DNA from: Auanema rhodensis
Lineage: Eukaryota; Animalia; Nematoda
DNA: 64,000 nucleotides
NCBI GenBank assembly: GCA_964057225.1
Contig: OZ059898.1
Coordinates: 9,362,001-9,426,000, forward strand
Reading direction: 5' to 3'
The position numbers and the translations under genes are program-made. Each line of letters starts with the position of its first letter. The first letter of the stretch is position 1. Under the pieces are notes generated by a model. The model had not been told where the DNA came from and ran no database searches. It was given only the letters and a program-made list of their open reading frames with translations. Positions 39,701-49,208 of the stretch are shown here, piece after piece.

Positions 39701-42132
39701 CTTTAACCATCCAATAAATTATGGCAAAGTGTTACCATCTTTACCACCAAAACAGTACTATTGTACTGCTAGAATGAAAGCAGAAGACCTAGCTTCATTC
39801 GATATTTGGTATGAAGAGCGTAATCAAAGAGCGTTTGATTTTGATGAAGAGCTTTTGGAATATTGTAGGACAGATGTCCGTATTTTAACCAACTGTATGA
39901 AAGTTTACATGAAGTTGGCAACCGCCACCACTGGCTGGAACCCTGTCATACAATGTATGACATTTGCCAGTTTCTCTTTATTCCAGGCAAGTTTTTTAAA
40001 ATACAAGCATTTTCAAAACTATTATATTACAGTTGAAAATGAACCACATTAAAGAGAACCAAGTGGGTATTCTGCCCGAGACTGGTTATTATGCCGGTCA
40101 AAAGCAGAGTATAATAGCCATAAAGTATATAAAATGGCTAGAACAAGGATTGGGCCGCCCATTAATGCATAAGCTTAATGGTGGTGAATTTGCAGTGAGA
40201 GTAGATGGCCATCGCTATCTACTCGATGCTTATGACCCCGTTGCCAATCATGGCTATGAGGTGAGTAATTTGTAATAAATGTAAAAAGTGCAAATTTTTG
40301 TAGATTAATGGTTGTATTTACCATGGTTGCCCCCAGTGCACCAACAAGAGCGCTATAGCACCAGGCAGAAATGGTGAAACAATGGAAGAGGTAATTGTGA
40401 CTTTTTTAATCATTTTAATTTTTAAAATTTAGGTTTATGATAAAACCATGAAAAGGCTTGAAGCAATTCAAAGCCAAGGCATTAGTGTTACCACAGTGTG
40501 GGAGCACGAAATTAATGCACAAATTTCGGCCAATGAAGAAATGGCGAAATTTATGCGTGAAACAAATGTTGTTACACGCTTGGCACCTAGAGATGCCTTT
40601 ACCGGTGGCCGCACCCAGACATATAAGCTTTTGGCACAAGCTTCGGATAGATACTCGCTCGAGTATGTGGACTTTTGTTCACTATATCCATATGTCACCG
40701 CTTTTGATGCCTATTACCCTATAGGTAATCCCAAAGTTATTACTGAGGGTTTCAAAAGCTTTGAGACATGTTGCCCATACAAGGGGCTAGTAAAATGTGA
40801 CGTGCTTGCACCCACAAATTTGCTGTACCCTGTATTAGGCACACGTATTGGCGGTAAACTTATTTTTACAAACTGCCGCACTTGTGCAGTCAAAAGTAAA
40901 AATGTAACATGTGAGCACCAGAATGATGTAAATGCTAGAAAGCTGCATCTAACCGTGACACATGTTGAGCTCGAGTGTGCCATACAACGTGGCTATAAAG
41001 TGCTTAATGTGCATGAGGTGTGGCACTGGGAAGAATGGCAACAAGGCGGCCTGTTTAAAGAGTTTGTACAAAAGTACATAAAAATTAAACAAGAGGCGTC
41101 GGGCTGGCCAAAGCCAAACATGACAGAGGAAGAAAAGGTATGTTTTAACAAAAGTATCACATTAAATAGAATTTTACAGGTGATTTATCTCCAAGAGCAC
41201 GAGGAGAACACTGGTGTTGCTCTGGAGAGCAATAAAATTGAGAAGAATGCTGCCATGCGTAGCATTGCCAAACTGCAGCTAAATAGGTTTGTAAACTTTT
41301 TAAAACAATACATTACAAATTTGCTTATAGTGTCTGGGGTAAAATGGGTCAAAGACCTGATAAAGCCCAAACCAAGATTATTGGTGTTGAGGACCCAGAA
41401 ATTGGTAGGATCATTACTGATCCTGCAAGGGAACTCACTGGGTTCAAAATTGTGGATAATGTTGCGTACTGCACAACAGTACCAGAGGATTCACATTTGG
41501 CACCACCGCCTTTTACAAATGTAGCTATTGCGGCCTATACAACCGCTCATGCAAGGCTACTATTGTATAAGGCAATGGAGAAAATTGGAAAGAATTTGGT
41601 GTATACAGGTAATGTTATACTTTGTATTCAATTTAAACTTACATTATTTAGACACGGATTCACTAATTTATCAAAGGTGCCTGGATGAGCCAGATCCAAT
41701 TGAGGATATGAAGGGTGAATGGTTAGGTAAACTAACCTCTGAAATACCCGATGGTTGGTCAATGACCAAGTTTGTGTCACCAGCGGCAAAAGTTTATAGT
41801 TATAAACTTGTAAATGCAGCTGGTGATGTAAAATATGTAACAAAGGCAAAGGGAGTGGTAAGTACGAGCTTTGACTTTTCAAATAATTTTATAATTTACA
41901 GACGTTGGACCACACGGCAGCGTCAGTGGTAAACTTTGAAAGTATGGAGCGACTGGTTCGCGGACTCGTTATGGATGGAGAGAAATTGGTTTTAAAAACC
42001 AACACAACCTTGTTAAAGAGGCAACTCGGTGCCATATCCACAATGGATATGACAAAAAGTACTAGAGTCGTAATGGATAAACTTTGTTATCTTCAAGATT
42101 ATAGTACTTTACCCTACGGTTATTGTGAATAA
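36776..42132 (+). CDS. Protein-primed family B DNA polymerase (pPolB), 14 exons, ~1369 aa
   Basis: Exons 36776-36789, 36837-36893, 36941-37063, 37108-37189, 37906-38940, 38985-39158, 39204-39986, 40033-40260, 40304-40390, 40433-41137, 41180-41286, 41331-41608, 41652-41857 and 41902-42132 join in one frame. Motifs: FYDFET, AHNGSRFD, YCRTDV, YVDFCSLYP, KLQLNSVWGK, YTDTDS, LPYGY. Confidence 0.9.
37308..37635. repeat. 163-bp tandem duplication inside pPolB intron 4
   Basis: TTCATAAAATTCTCTCTCTCTCATC starts at 37308 and at 37471. Confidence 0.9.
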
Positions 42133-42270
42133 TATATTTGAATTTATAAATTTTTATCTTGTATATATTTGTATTTATAAAATTTTATCATTGTACATGT
42201 ATTTATTTTTAAAAATAGTTGTATTAATAAATTTTATTCTTAAATCTTTTAAAGAATTTTATTACATACA

Positions 42271-43605
42271 TTACAAACTGGTATCAATATATGGAGCACG
42301 ATTGTTGTCAATGGAAAGAATAGAGTCATACTCTGCATAAACAATTGCATATAAGCCCTCTTGCGGCGTTTGTTGACCAAATTCCAATTTCAAGGCTACA
42401 TTACCTTGTCGTATAACATCAAATAACTCTGACGAATGCACAGTAGGAGAAATATCAAATACAAAAAATGTGAAACCAGCTTTATACATTGCTGGTGTAA
42501 TACCATTGGATGAATCTGTACGACCAAGTCCCAAACCTTCCAGCATGTCAATATATGCTGTGGCATAGGAAGATCGCCATTCTAAATTATAAGGACGGGT
42601 AGGTATTACCCTATTGTTGAGCGTCAAGTATATATTTTTCAAATCAAACGGTTTAAAGTTGAATGGCGAATGTTTAAAAGTACCATTATAGGCGTGTGCG
42701 CCAACAAGACCTACTACAACACGTTTTGGTGTGTGAGACGTGAATAATATATTATTAGGTGAATCCAAGCGGCCTCCTTCTATGAAATAAGAGCGCATTT
42801 TCACTGATGTCATGGGGTAGTGTATTCGATCCTTTGCGAGTTTATCTTCTATAGCCATAGCTAATCCAGCGTTTAGATCAAACTCTTGAATGAGCAAATG
42901 TACATCGCTGATATCTACTTTCAAATTTGGAAACTCCTCCTTTAATGTAGTATCCTTGTTTTCATTATTCCAGCCTAGAGTGTCAATTAAAAAGTTATCA
43001 CGGTTTGGATATGCAGTTAGCTCCATTTTTGAATAGTTTACAAACAGTCGCTCTTGATTAAATAGGTCGATACTGACGGGAGCAGCCATCTCACACAATA
43101 TGCCATTTTTTACAAGTGCTTGACGCGTTCTAAATCCAGCACTGGATGCATTATCTATATATCTATCAGCATAATAGCCTGATATGGCAAGTTTGCTCTC
43201 TTTAACATCGTTGCTATACATTAAAATATTCTCGATATATGTTTTATAGGCATGATTCACGGTAGAGTCATACACGCTAACATCACCAATTTTCAAATGA
43301 TACGAATGTATTAAACTGGCAGCAAATTGTTGACATGGTGCAAAAACAAGGTTGTCTGGTACTGGATCACCGTTTGTGGTTACAATTTTAAATTTTACAT
43401 TCAACCAACATCTTCTCAGATTGAGGAATGATTTGGAATTTTGAGCTATAACAAATTCCCATGGTCCTTGAGGAAGAAACGTATTTTTCAAAGGGACTTG
43501 TACAGTACGAGTAGACTCTACACCTAATGCCGACGCTGGTATATCACCATAGTTGATATTAGGTAAAAGGGCTTGTGCTGATTTTGAATCTATCAATTTA
43601 GCCAT
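42271..43605 (-). CDS. Major capsid protein (double jelly-roll, Polinton PY/hexon-like), 444 aa
   Basis: Size, position and motifs (YKTYIENILMYS, DLFNQER, YNGTFKHSPFNFKPF, GFTFFVFDISP) typical of Polinton MCP. Confidence 0.88.
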   Translation of the reverse strand: MAKLIDSKSAQALLPNINYGDIPASALGVESTRTVQVPLKNTFLPQGPWEFVIAQNSKSFLNLRRCWLNVKFKIVTTNGDPVPDNLVFAPCQQFAASLIHSYHLKIGDVSVYDSTVNHAYKTYIENILMYSNDVKESKLAISGYYADRYIDNASSAGFRTRQALVKNGILCEMAAPVSIDLFNQERLFVNYSKMELTAYPNRDNFLIDTLGWNNENKDTTLKEEFPNLKVDISDVHLLIQEFDLNAGLAMAIEDKLAKDRIHYPMTSVKMRSYFIEGGRLDSPNNILFTSHTPKRVVVGLVGAHAYNGTFKHSPFNFKPFDLKNIYLTLNNRVIPTRPYNLEWRSSYATAYIDMLEGLGLGRTDSSNGITPAMYKAGFTFFVFDISPTVHSSELFDVIRQGNVALKLEFGQQTPQEGLYAIVYAEYDSILSIDNNRAPYIDTSL

Positions 43606-44058
43606 TTAAATGTGAAACGACCGCTCACGAGTGATGCACAACCGCTTATGAGGTTTTGTGGTTTTGCGTCGTCGCCGTTTGCCCAAGCCGGTAAGATCTC
43701 GTATAGCTTGCCGGCCGGCTGTTTTAAGAGTTTCCTTGATATTATCGCCTTTCAGCACCCCATCGACAATTTCATTACCAGTTTTCAGCAACTGTCCGCC
43801 AAGAGGTGAATTTACAACTGGACTTTTGCTTACAGCACTGGATAAGGCGTTTCTTCCGGCATTGATGAGATTTTGGGCTATAGGTGATTGAATGATGCGT
43901 GGTAGAAATGATGCCAAAGTTGCCAAAATACCACCCAAACCATGACCCCTCTGCATTCCACGTTGAAACATCATTCCGCTAAATGGGGCGCCACCCATTT
44001 GTTGATTTAAAAGTGTTGTCCATTGAATAGAGTTGACATCCAAAAGGAGGTGCGGCAT
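43606..44058 (-). CDS. Putative virion core / membrane-active protein (pVII/pX-like)
   Basis: QRGMQRGHGLGG followed by an amphipathic helix (ILATLASFLPRII) and a basic tail (GLGKRRRRK); its stop abuts the MCP ATG. Confidence 0.65.
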   Translation of the reverse strand: MPHLLLDVNSIQWTTLLNQQMGGAPFSGMMFQRGMQRGHGLGGILATLASFLPRIIQSPIAQNLINAGRNALSSAVSKSPVVNSPLGGQLLKTGNEIVDGVLKGDNIKETLKTAGRQAIRDLTGLGKRRRRKTTKPHKRLCITRERSFHI

Positions 44059-44109
44059 ATCGAACCGCACGCGCGCAATACAAAAGTTACACTAGATCAT
44101 TCTACTAAA

Positions 44110-44565
44110 ATGTATTCGTCTGAAATAGTATCACTATTGCAATCTGTCCCCAGCACTCGGAAACTATTCCTCGGTGTATTTAGCGCTGATACTCTACCCA
44201 AAACGCGTCGTAAAAACTTTGCACTTGTCGTAAATACTGACACACATGATAAGCCAGGCACACATTGGCAGGTCATCTTTGTCCGTAACAAGCAAGCCTA
44301 TTTTTTCTGTAGCTTGGGATATAAAATGAACAAGTACATTCAAAATTATCTGGCCAAATATAAAAAGGTAAAAATTAATACTTGCAAACCACAACGTTTA
44401 ATTGAATACACTTGTGGTGGCTATGTGGTATTTGTAATACTAATGTTGTCGGCTGGTAATTCATTTGAAAGCATTTGTTCATTTTTTAAACTATTGAAAA
44501 ATGATGATGTCTTTATTAAAGCGTTTATGCATAAAGTATTCGACTATAAATTGACTACTATATAA
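44110..44565 (+). CDS. Adenain-like cysteine maturation protease
   Basis: FLGVFSADTLP, VVNTD...PGTHW (catalytic His), Q...TCGGY (catalytic Cys). Confidence 0.9.
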   Translation: MYSSEIVSLLQSVPSTRKLFLGVFSADTLPKTRRKNFALVVNTDTHDKPGTHWQVIFVRNKQAYFFCSLGYKMNKYIQNYLAKYKKVKINTCKPQRLIEYTCGGYVVFVILMLSAGNSFESICSFFKLLKNDDVFIKAFMHKVFDYKLTTI

Positions 44566-44606
44566 GAAATTTGTCATTAATAACCTGCTACATTACGTGA
44601 TCAGTT

Positions 44607-44777
44607 ATGAATATTCCTTGTCACTGTGAATTATGTGTCAAATACACGTTGGAGCAATCTAAACCAGCGCCTTTATACAGGAGAATGTTGAAATGTATTT
44701 CAGTGCCATTTATTAAAGGTATAGCATTGGGATTGGGCTTTTGTACAACACTAGTCATATTATTGCTCATTATATAA
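44607..44777 (+). CDS. 56-aa protein with CxCxxC and a C-terminal transmembrane helix
   Basis: MNIPCHCELC...VPFIKGIALGLGFCTTLVILLLII*; fills the gap between the protease and zinc-finger genes; also open in C (55643-55813). Confidence 0.5.
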   Translation: MNIPCHCELCVKYTLEQSKPAPLYRRMLKCISVPFIKGIALGLGFCTTLVILLLII

Positions 44778-44818
44778 AAGTGGGTTGATTGCGTGTGGTC
44801 GTTTTTCATTTTCCTCTA

Positions 44819-45283
44819 ATGGAACTTTTATGTAACAAATATTGTGGTACATGCAAGGAAATATTTTCTTCAACCAAGCATTTTAGTGATCACGTTTTGA
44901 AAAGACATGCAGGGATTCAACCCATATGTAACAATTATATCAGCAATGCTGACTTTATTCAAAAATATGGACATTTGGATGGTGTTCGTAGACGTTTGTG
45001 CCCTCATTGTAGTGAAACTTTTGGAACAAGATTCAATTGTGAGCGTCATATTCGGCGTATTCATAATAATAATGGAACGAATGGTGAAGATGGTGATGGA
45101 AATGATACCAGCAAACCCTTTGAAAAAGCTGAGGAGTTTGTACATTCAACCCAATCAAAAAGATGCCGCAGCAATAGTGACGGAGAACATTCACAACACG
45201 AGCCGAGCGACAAACAAAACTGCCCTAAACTATCTTTTAAACCTTCGAAAATAAAAATGTGGTATTGTATAACTGTTGAATAA
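44819..45283 (+). CDS. C2H2 zinc-finger protein (two fingers), Maverick accessory gene
   Basis: CGTCKEIFSSTKHFSDHVLKRH and CPHCSETFGTRFNCERHIRRIH; TATATAAAAG at 44771-44780. Confidence 0.8.
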   Translation: MELLCNKYCGTCKEIFSSTKHFSDHVLKRHAGIQPICNNYISNADFIQKYGHLDGVRRRLCPHCSETFGTRFNCERHIRRIHNNNGTNGEDGDGNDTSKPFEKAEEFVHSTQSKRCRSNSDGEHSQHEPSDKQNCPKLSFKPSKIKMWYCITVE

Positions 45284-45288
45284 AACGT

Positions 45289-46146
45289 TTATTTCATATT
45301 TTTAACATGTAATGTAACAACTGTAGAACCATAATTAAATTGCATAGGACGACCAAATTCATCTAAAATTTCAATACGTATGGTATCGAGTGTTTGTCTA
45401 GTGATTGGTACATAACGAATAGGATTAAATGTTTTGGCAATCATTTTACCAAATTCAGTAGGAGGTGGTACAGGTAAACATGCAAGTAAATTAGCTTTCA
45501 CATTACCAAGAATGGAATATTCTACAATATCACAATATATATACATTGTATTAATGTTATTTGAAAAATCAATGGGACGCCTGGCTATTATTGTATGGTT
45601 GATGTTTTTATTTTCAAAACCAAGAAAATATGCAAAATCATCACCAAGCGTTGCATTCAACAATAGTCGCTTGCTTGTTACAAACTCTATGCGCTGCAAT
45701 GTTTTGTTAAACTGAAATGTGGCGTCCGCGAGCATTTCCTCCACTAGCTTAGCCTCAGCCTGGCGATTATTATACCATTTTTTTACATCTTCATCTTTAT
45801 CTATTAAACTTTTTATACGTGCTTCTTCCTCAGCTCCAAGAGGCTTTGTATTGTTGGCGATAAATGATTCTCTTCCAGCATTGATTCCGCGTATTATTTC
45901 ATCACCATTTGCATAGTTGCCTTTAGGCAAGTGTAGAATAAATTTTCTATTGGAAAAACGTAGTGTATAAGATAAATCTTTTTGAACATTTAATATAGAA
46001 CAAGGAAAAATGATGTCTGTCAGCCCAATACAATACCTATTATTGCGTAGCCTTAGTGTTTCAGGTAATCTGGTAAGAAACACTGATGATGTATTACTTT
46101 TTTCAGAGTCAACTGATGATGGAAGAGTAATGTAAAAATCATCCAT
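45289..46146 (-). CDS. Minor capsid protein (penton, Polinton PX), 285 aa
   Basis: DFYITLPSS...NTSSVFLTRLP N-terminus; MYIYCDIVEYSILG, IRYVPI, IRIEILDEFGRPMQF...VTLH. Confidence 0.85.
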   Translation of the reverse strand: MDDFYITLPSSVDSEKSNTSSVFLTRLPETLRLRNNRYCIGLTDIIFPCSILNVQKDLSYTLRFSNRKFILHLPKGNYANGDEIIRGINAGRESFIANNTKPLGAEEEARIKSLIDKDEDVKKWYNNRQAEAKLVEEMLADATFQFNKTLQRIEFVTSKRLLLNATLGDDFAYFLGFENKNINHTIIARRPIDFSNNINTMYIYCDIVEYSILGNVKANLLACLPVPPPTEFGKMIAKTFNPIRYVPITRQTLDTIRIEILDEFGRPMQFNYGSTVVTLHVKNMK

Positions 46147-46225
46147 GACAAACCACCACTTGATACGTGTACACTATTGCAAATGAAATCATTTGCATTT
46201 TAGGTACATTTACGAGTGGTTGATT
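46147..46225. promoter_or_regulatory. Candidate bidirectional promoter between penton and ATPase, containing a palindrome
   Basis: 79-bp gap between divergent ATGs; TGCAAATGA-AA-TCATTTGCA at 46178-46197. Confidence 0.45.
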
Positions 46226-46873
46226 ATGGTTTTCAGCTTCAAACTACCCAGTCAGACAACTGTAATAGGTGCTACCCAATGCGGTAAAACAACCCTCATA
46301 AAGCACATATGTGAAAATACTGAAAAGTTTTTCAACGTCCCCATTGATAGAATATTCTGGTTTAGTCAATGTGGGTCATCGTCAGGTGTACCAATAAATG
46401 ATGAGCGTTTAATAATTATTCAAGGGCCTCCTGATCCTGATTTGATAAAAGAACAAAAGGGAGTAAATACTATACTAGTGCTGGATGATTTGATGAACTT
46501 TTTTTCATCGAATAAAGCAGCAAAGGAATTACTCAACAACATTTTTACAGTGTGGGCACATCACTGGAATTTGGCAGTGTTTAATCTTGTGCAAGCTGCA
46601 TTTCAGCTAGACAGGACCAGTCGAATTAATAGTACATATATAATACTGATGAAAAGTCATTCGGATATATTACAAATACGTAATTGTCTGCAACAATTAT
46701 TTGGCCCCCGCTTTAAAAATGCTCTAGAAGCATATGATGATGCAATGTCTACACCCTATAGTCATTTACTGATTGACAACCATCCTTTAACAAGTGAGAA
46801 ACAGCGTATACTATCAGATATAACAGCGGAGCACCCTATTGTTTATGTTGCCAGAAATGTGTTTAGTGTTTAA
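46226..46873 (+). CDS. A32/FtsK-like DNA packaging ATPase
   Basis: Walker A GATQCGKTT, Walker B ILVLDD, HHWNLAVFNLVQ. Confidence 0.92.
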   Translation: MVFSFKLPSQTTVIGATQCGKTTLIKHICENTEKFFNVPIDRIFWFSQCGSSSGVPINDERLIIIQGPPDPDLIKEQKGVNTILVLDDLMNFFSSNKAAKELLNNIFTVWAHHWNLAVFNLVQAAFQLDRTSRINSTYIILMKSHSDILQIRNCLQQLFGPRFKNALEAYDDAMSTPYSHLLIDNHPLTSEKQRILSDITAEHPIVYVARNVFSV

Positions 46874-46885
46874 AGTGCTTGTTCA

Positions 46886-47194
46886 ATGAGTGGTCGTATT
46901 TTGTCAAATTTCAACTTTTTGTCTTCTTGCGCCAAAACTCCTTGTTCTGTTCCCTCATTTTCTTTTGCACAAATTGAAATTATTGTTGAAATTGTATTTA
47001 ATATTGTGAAAAATAATAATTTTCTTTTAACTAACAAGGAATATAAAACCCTCTTGCCCATATCTTCATTATTACGTCAAATAGCTTTGATACGCACACC
47101 GGAAAAGGCTAAATCATTATTGGCAACGCTTTCACACAAACAATTGAAAACAATAGTTACATGTGGTATTGCCTATTTTGGTTTTAAATCATGA
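46886..47194 (+). CDS. Maverick hypothetical protein, 102 aa
   Basis: Tightly packed between the ATPase and the next ORF (ATGA overlap); open in both B and C. Confidence 0.7.
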   Translation: MSGRILSNFNFLSSCAKTPCSVPSFSFAQIEIIVEIVFNIVKNNNFLLTNKEYKTLLPISSLLRQIALIRTPEKAKSLLATLSHKQLKTIVTCGIAYFGFKS

Positions 47195-47907
47195 AGCTCA
47201 ACCATAAATATCGACTAATTCCTGTCGACGAGGAAACAGTTAATATAGACAAGTTTGATGCAGAGCTCAAGCTTTTACGAGAAAATAGAGCTATACCCGA
47301 CTATAAAAAAGCTGAACTATACGAAGACTTGATTGCTCGTCTCAAAAACTATAGAGAAAGTATAGATGCGCCCATATCAGTACAAGTGGAAAATGCTGAT
47401 CCACCTCTATTGCCAGAATACAAGTTGCCAAGAAAGTATAACAATTTGTGGGAGAAATTTCCAGAGGTGCGCACAAACAAGAATAACCAACTTGTGATTA
47501 ATAATGAGGCTGTACCAAACACGAATATTACAAAAATTTTAGATTTTGTATTGGATAAAACAAAAACGGAGCCCAATGGATTTTCAGTCTTGTCAAAGTT
47601 TTTAGCCAGTAAAGGCGTACCTAGTTCTAACAAGAAACAAACTAGAAGAGAGTCGGCTGACAATGATTCAGTTGACGTTGTAACTAGAGCTGAACCGGCT
47701 GTTACAGACTTGGACTCTACTATATTACCTAGAACGCCTCGTCATCGTAAAGCTGTTATTCGATATTCACCATCACCGGTTCGTACACTCAAAAGTAAAA
47801 GGTCAAAGACTTTTGATACTGCCGCCGAATCATATTACACACCACAAGAAGGAGACTCACAGAATGGCCAAGGTCGTAAAAGGTTCTACATTAGATTATG
47901 GAAATGA
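47191..47907 (+). CDS. Maverick hypothetical protein, 238 aa, basic C-terminus
   Basis: KYRLIP N-terminus, QLVINNEAVPNTNITKILDF core, ends QNGQGRKRFYIRLWK; overlaps the integrase start. Confidence 0.75.
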   Translation: MKLNHKYRLIPVDEETVNIDKFDAELKLLRENRAIPDYKKAELYEDLIARLKNYRESIDAPISVQVENADPPLLPEYKLPRKYNNLWEKFPEVRTNKNNQLVINNEAVPNTNITKILDFVLDKTKTEPNGFSVLSKFLASKGVPSSNKKQTRRESADNDSVDVVTRAEPAVTDLDSTILPRTPRHRKAVIRYSPSPVRTLKSKRSKTFDTAAESYYTPQEGDSQNGQGRKRFYIRLWK

Positions 47908-48931
47908 TATTTTGGCGAGCATTTATTACGATATAAAACATCCAGCTTCATATACATCAGCCAAGAATTTATTATCGCAAGCACGAAAACATGGCATTTC
48001 AAAGGTACAAGTTGATGATTTTTTGCAAGATTCTGAAACTTTTACACGGCATAAACCAACCAGAATGCGTATGCAGACTAGAAAGACTAGAGGATGTGGT
48101 CGATTTCTAACAGTGCAAGCAGATTTGGTTGATATGCAAAAATATAAAAAATTAAACGACGGCTATGCTTACATGTTGACCATGATTGATGTTTATACAC
48201 GCATGTTATATGTTAGGCCTTTGAAAACTAAAGGTGGTATAGAGGTTGCTAGTGCATTTGAAAATTTATTCAAGAATTTTATACCAATTCAGTTGATTAC
48301 TGATAATGGCACAGAGTTTTATAATAGTCATTGTGAAAAACTATTCAAAAAGTTTGCCATACTGCACGGATCTACAAGTTCACCACAAAAGGCTGCAATG
48401 GTGGAGCGAGCAAATAGAACTTTAAAAACACGCATGATGAAATATCTCTATTACAAGAATAATCATCGTTGGATTGATATCCTAGATGATTTGGTTGAAG
48501 GAATAAACAAATCTTATAACCGCTCCATAAAAATGCGGCCCATTGATGTTAAAGCAAATATATTCATTGAAGAATATGCACCAGCTGTTAAAAGCCGCTT
48601 TAAAATTGGTGATACTGTTCGCATAAGCAAAAATAGGCGTACTTTTGAAAAAAGCTACGAGTCTGGATATACAATGGAGCTATTCACAATTGATGAGGTT
48701 GTAACCGGAAACCCAACCGTGTATAAACTTGTAGATTATAATGGTGAACGTATAAAGGGAATATTCTACGAACCTGAACTTGTCTTGGCTACTAATAAAA
48801 GCAACCAGTACTATATAGAAAAAGTTTTAAAAGAGCGTACTCGAAGCGGTAAACGTCAAGTATTTGTAAAATGGAGTGGATATCCCGACAACTTTAATGA
48901 ATGGATAGATGCAGAAAATTTAAATGTATAA
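47864..48931 (+). CDS. Retroviral-like (rve) DDE integrase with C-terminal chromodomain
   Basis: VQADLVDM / LITDNGTEF / MVERANRT triad; chromodomain YYIEKVL...VKWSGYPDNFNEWI. Confidence 0.95.
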   Translation: MAKVVKGSTLDYGNDILASIYYDIKHPASYTSAKNLLSQARKHGISKVQVDDFLQDSETFTRHKPTRMRMQTRKTRGCGRFLTVQADLVDMQKYKKLNDGYAYMLTMIDVYTRMLYVRPLKTKGGIEVASAFENLFKNFIPIQLITDNGTEFYNSHCEKLFKKFAILHGSTSSPQKAAMVERANRTLKTRMMKYLYYKNNHRWIDILDDLVEGINKSYNRSIKMRPIDVKANIFIEEYAPAVKSRFKIGDTVRISKNRRTFEKSYESGYTMELFTIDEVVTGNPTVYKLVDYNGERIKGIFYEPELVLATNKSNQYYIEKVLKERTRSGKRQVFVKWSGYPDNFNEWIDAENLNV

Positions 48932-49131
48932 TTTTTCAATGTTATAAACAATTGTAATTATAATAAATGATTTATTTGATATATCGCATAATGTAACAAT
49001 AAAAAACCAGCAAAATACAAACAACAATTCAACCTGCAAAAAAAAAAAATTAGACTATTCAAATTTTCAAATAGTATGTTTTTAGCAACTGTTTGGGGGC
49101 GTGGTTAGTAAATTTTGCACGGCTCTCTACT

Positions 49132-49208
49132 AACACAAGTTTAGGCTCATAGAATATTCTCTTTATACGTTCACCATTATAATCTACAAGTTTATACACG
49201 GTTGGGTT
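49132..49208 (-). pseudogene. 77-bp sliver of the Maverick A integrase between B and C
   Basis: Encodes NPTVYKLVDYNGERIKRIFYEPKLV, contiguous with 35473-35623 once the TSD is removed. Confidence 0.92.

Larger units (their letters stand above)
35624..49131 (+). mobile_element. Maverick/Polinton B, 13.5 kb, both ends present, core ORFs open
   Basis: 59-bp perfect TIRs (35624-35682 and 49073-49131) starting AG; 6-bp TSD AACACA (35618-35623 and 49132-49137); pPolB, MCP, protease, penton, ATPase and integrase. Confidence 0.96.

Noticed and set aside
44680-44750. Resemblance of PFIKGIALGLG to the fungal Mim1 TM motif
   Set aside because: Too short and low in complexity to claim homology.
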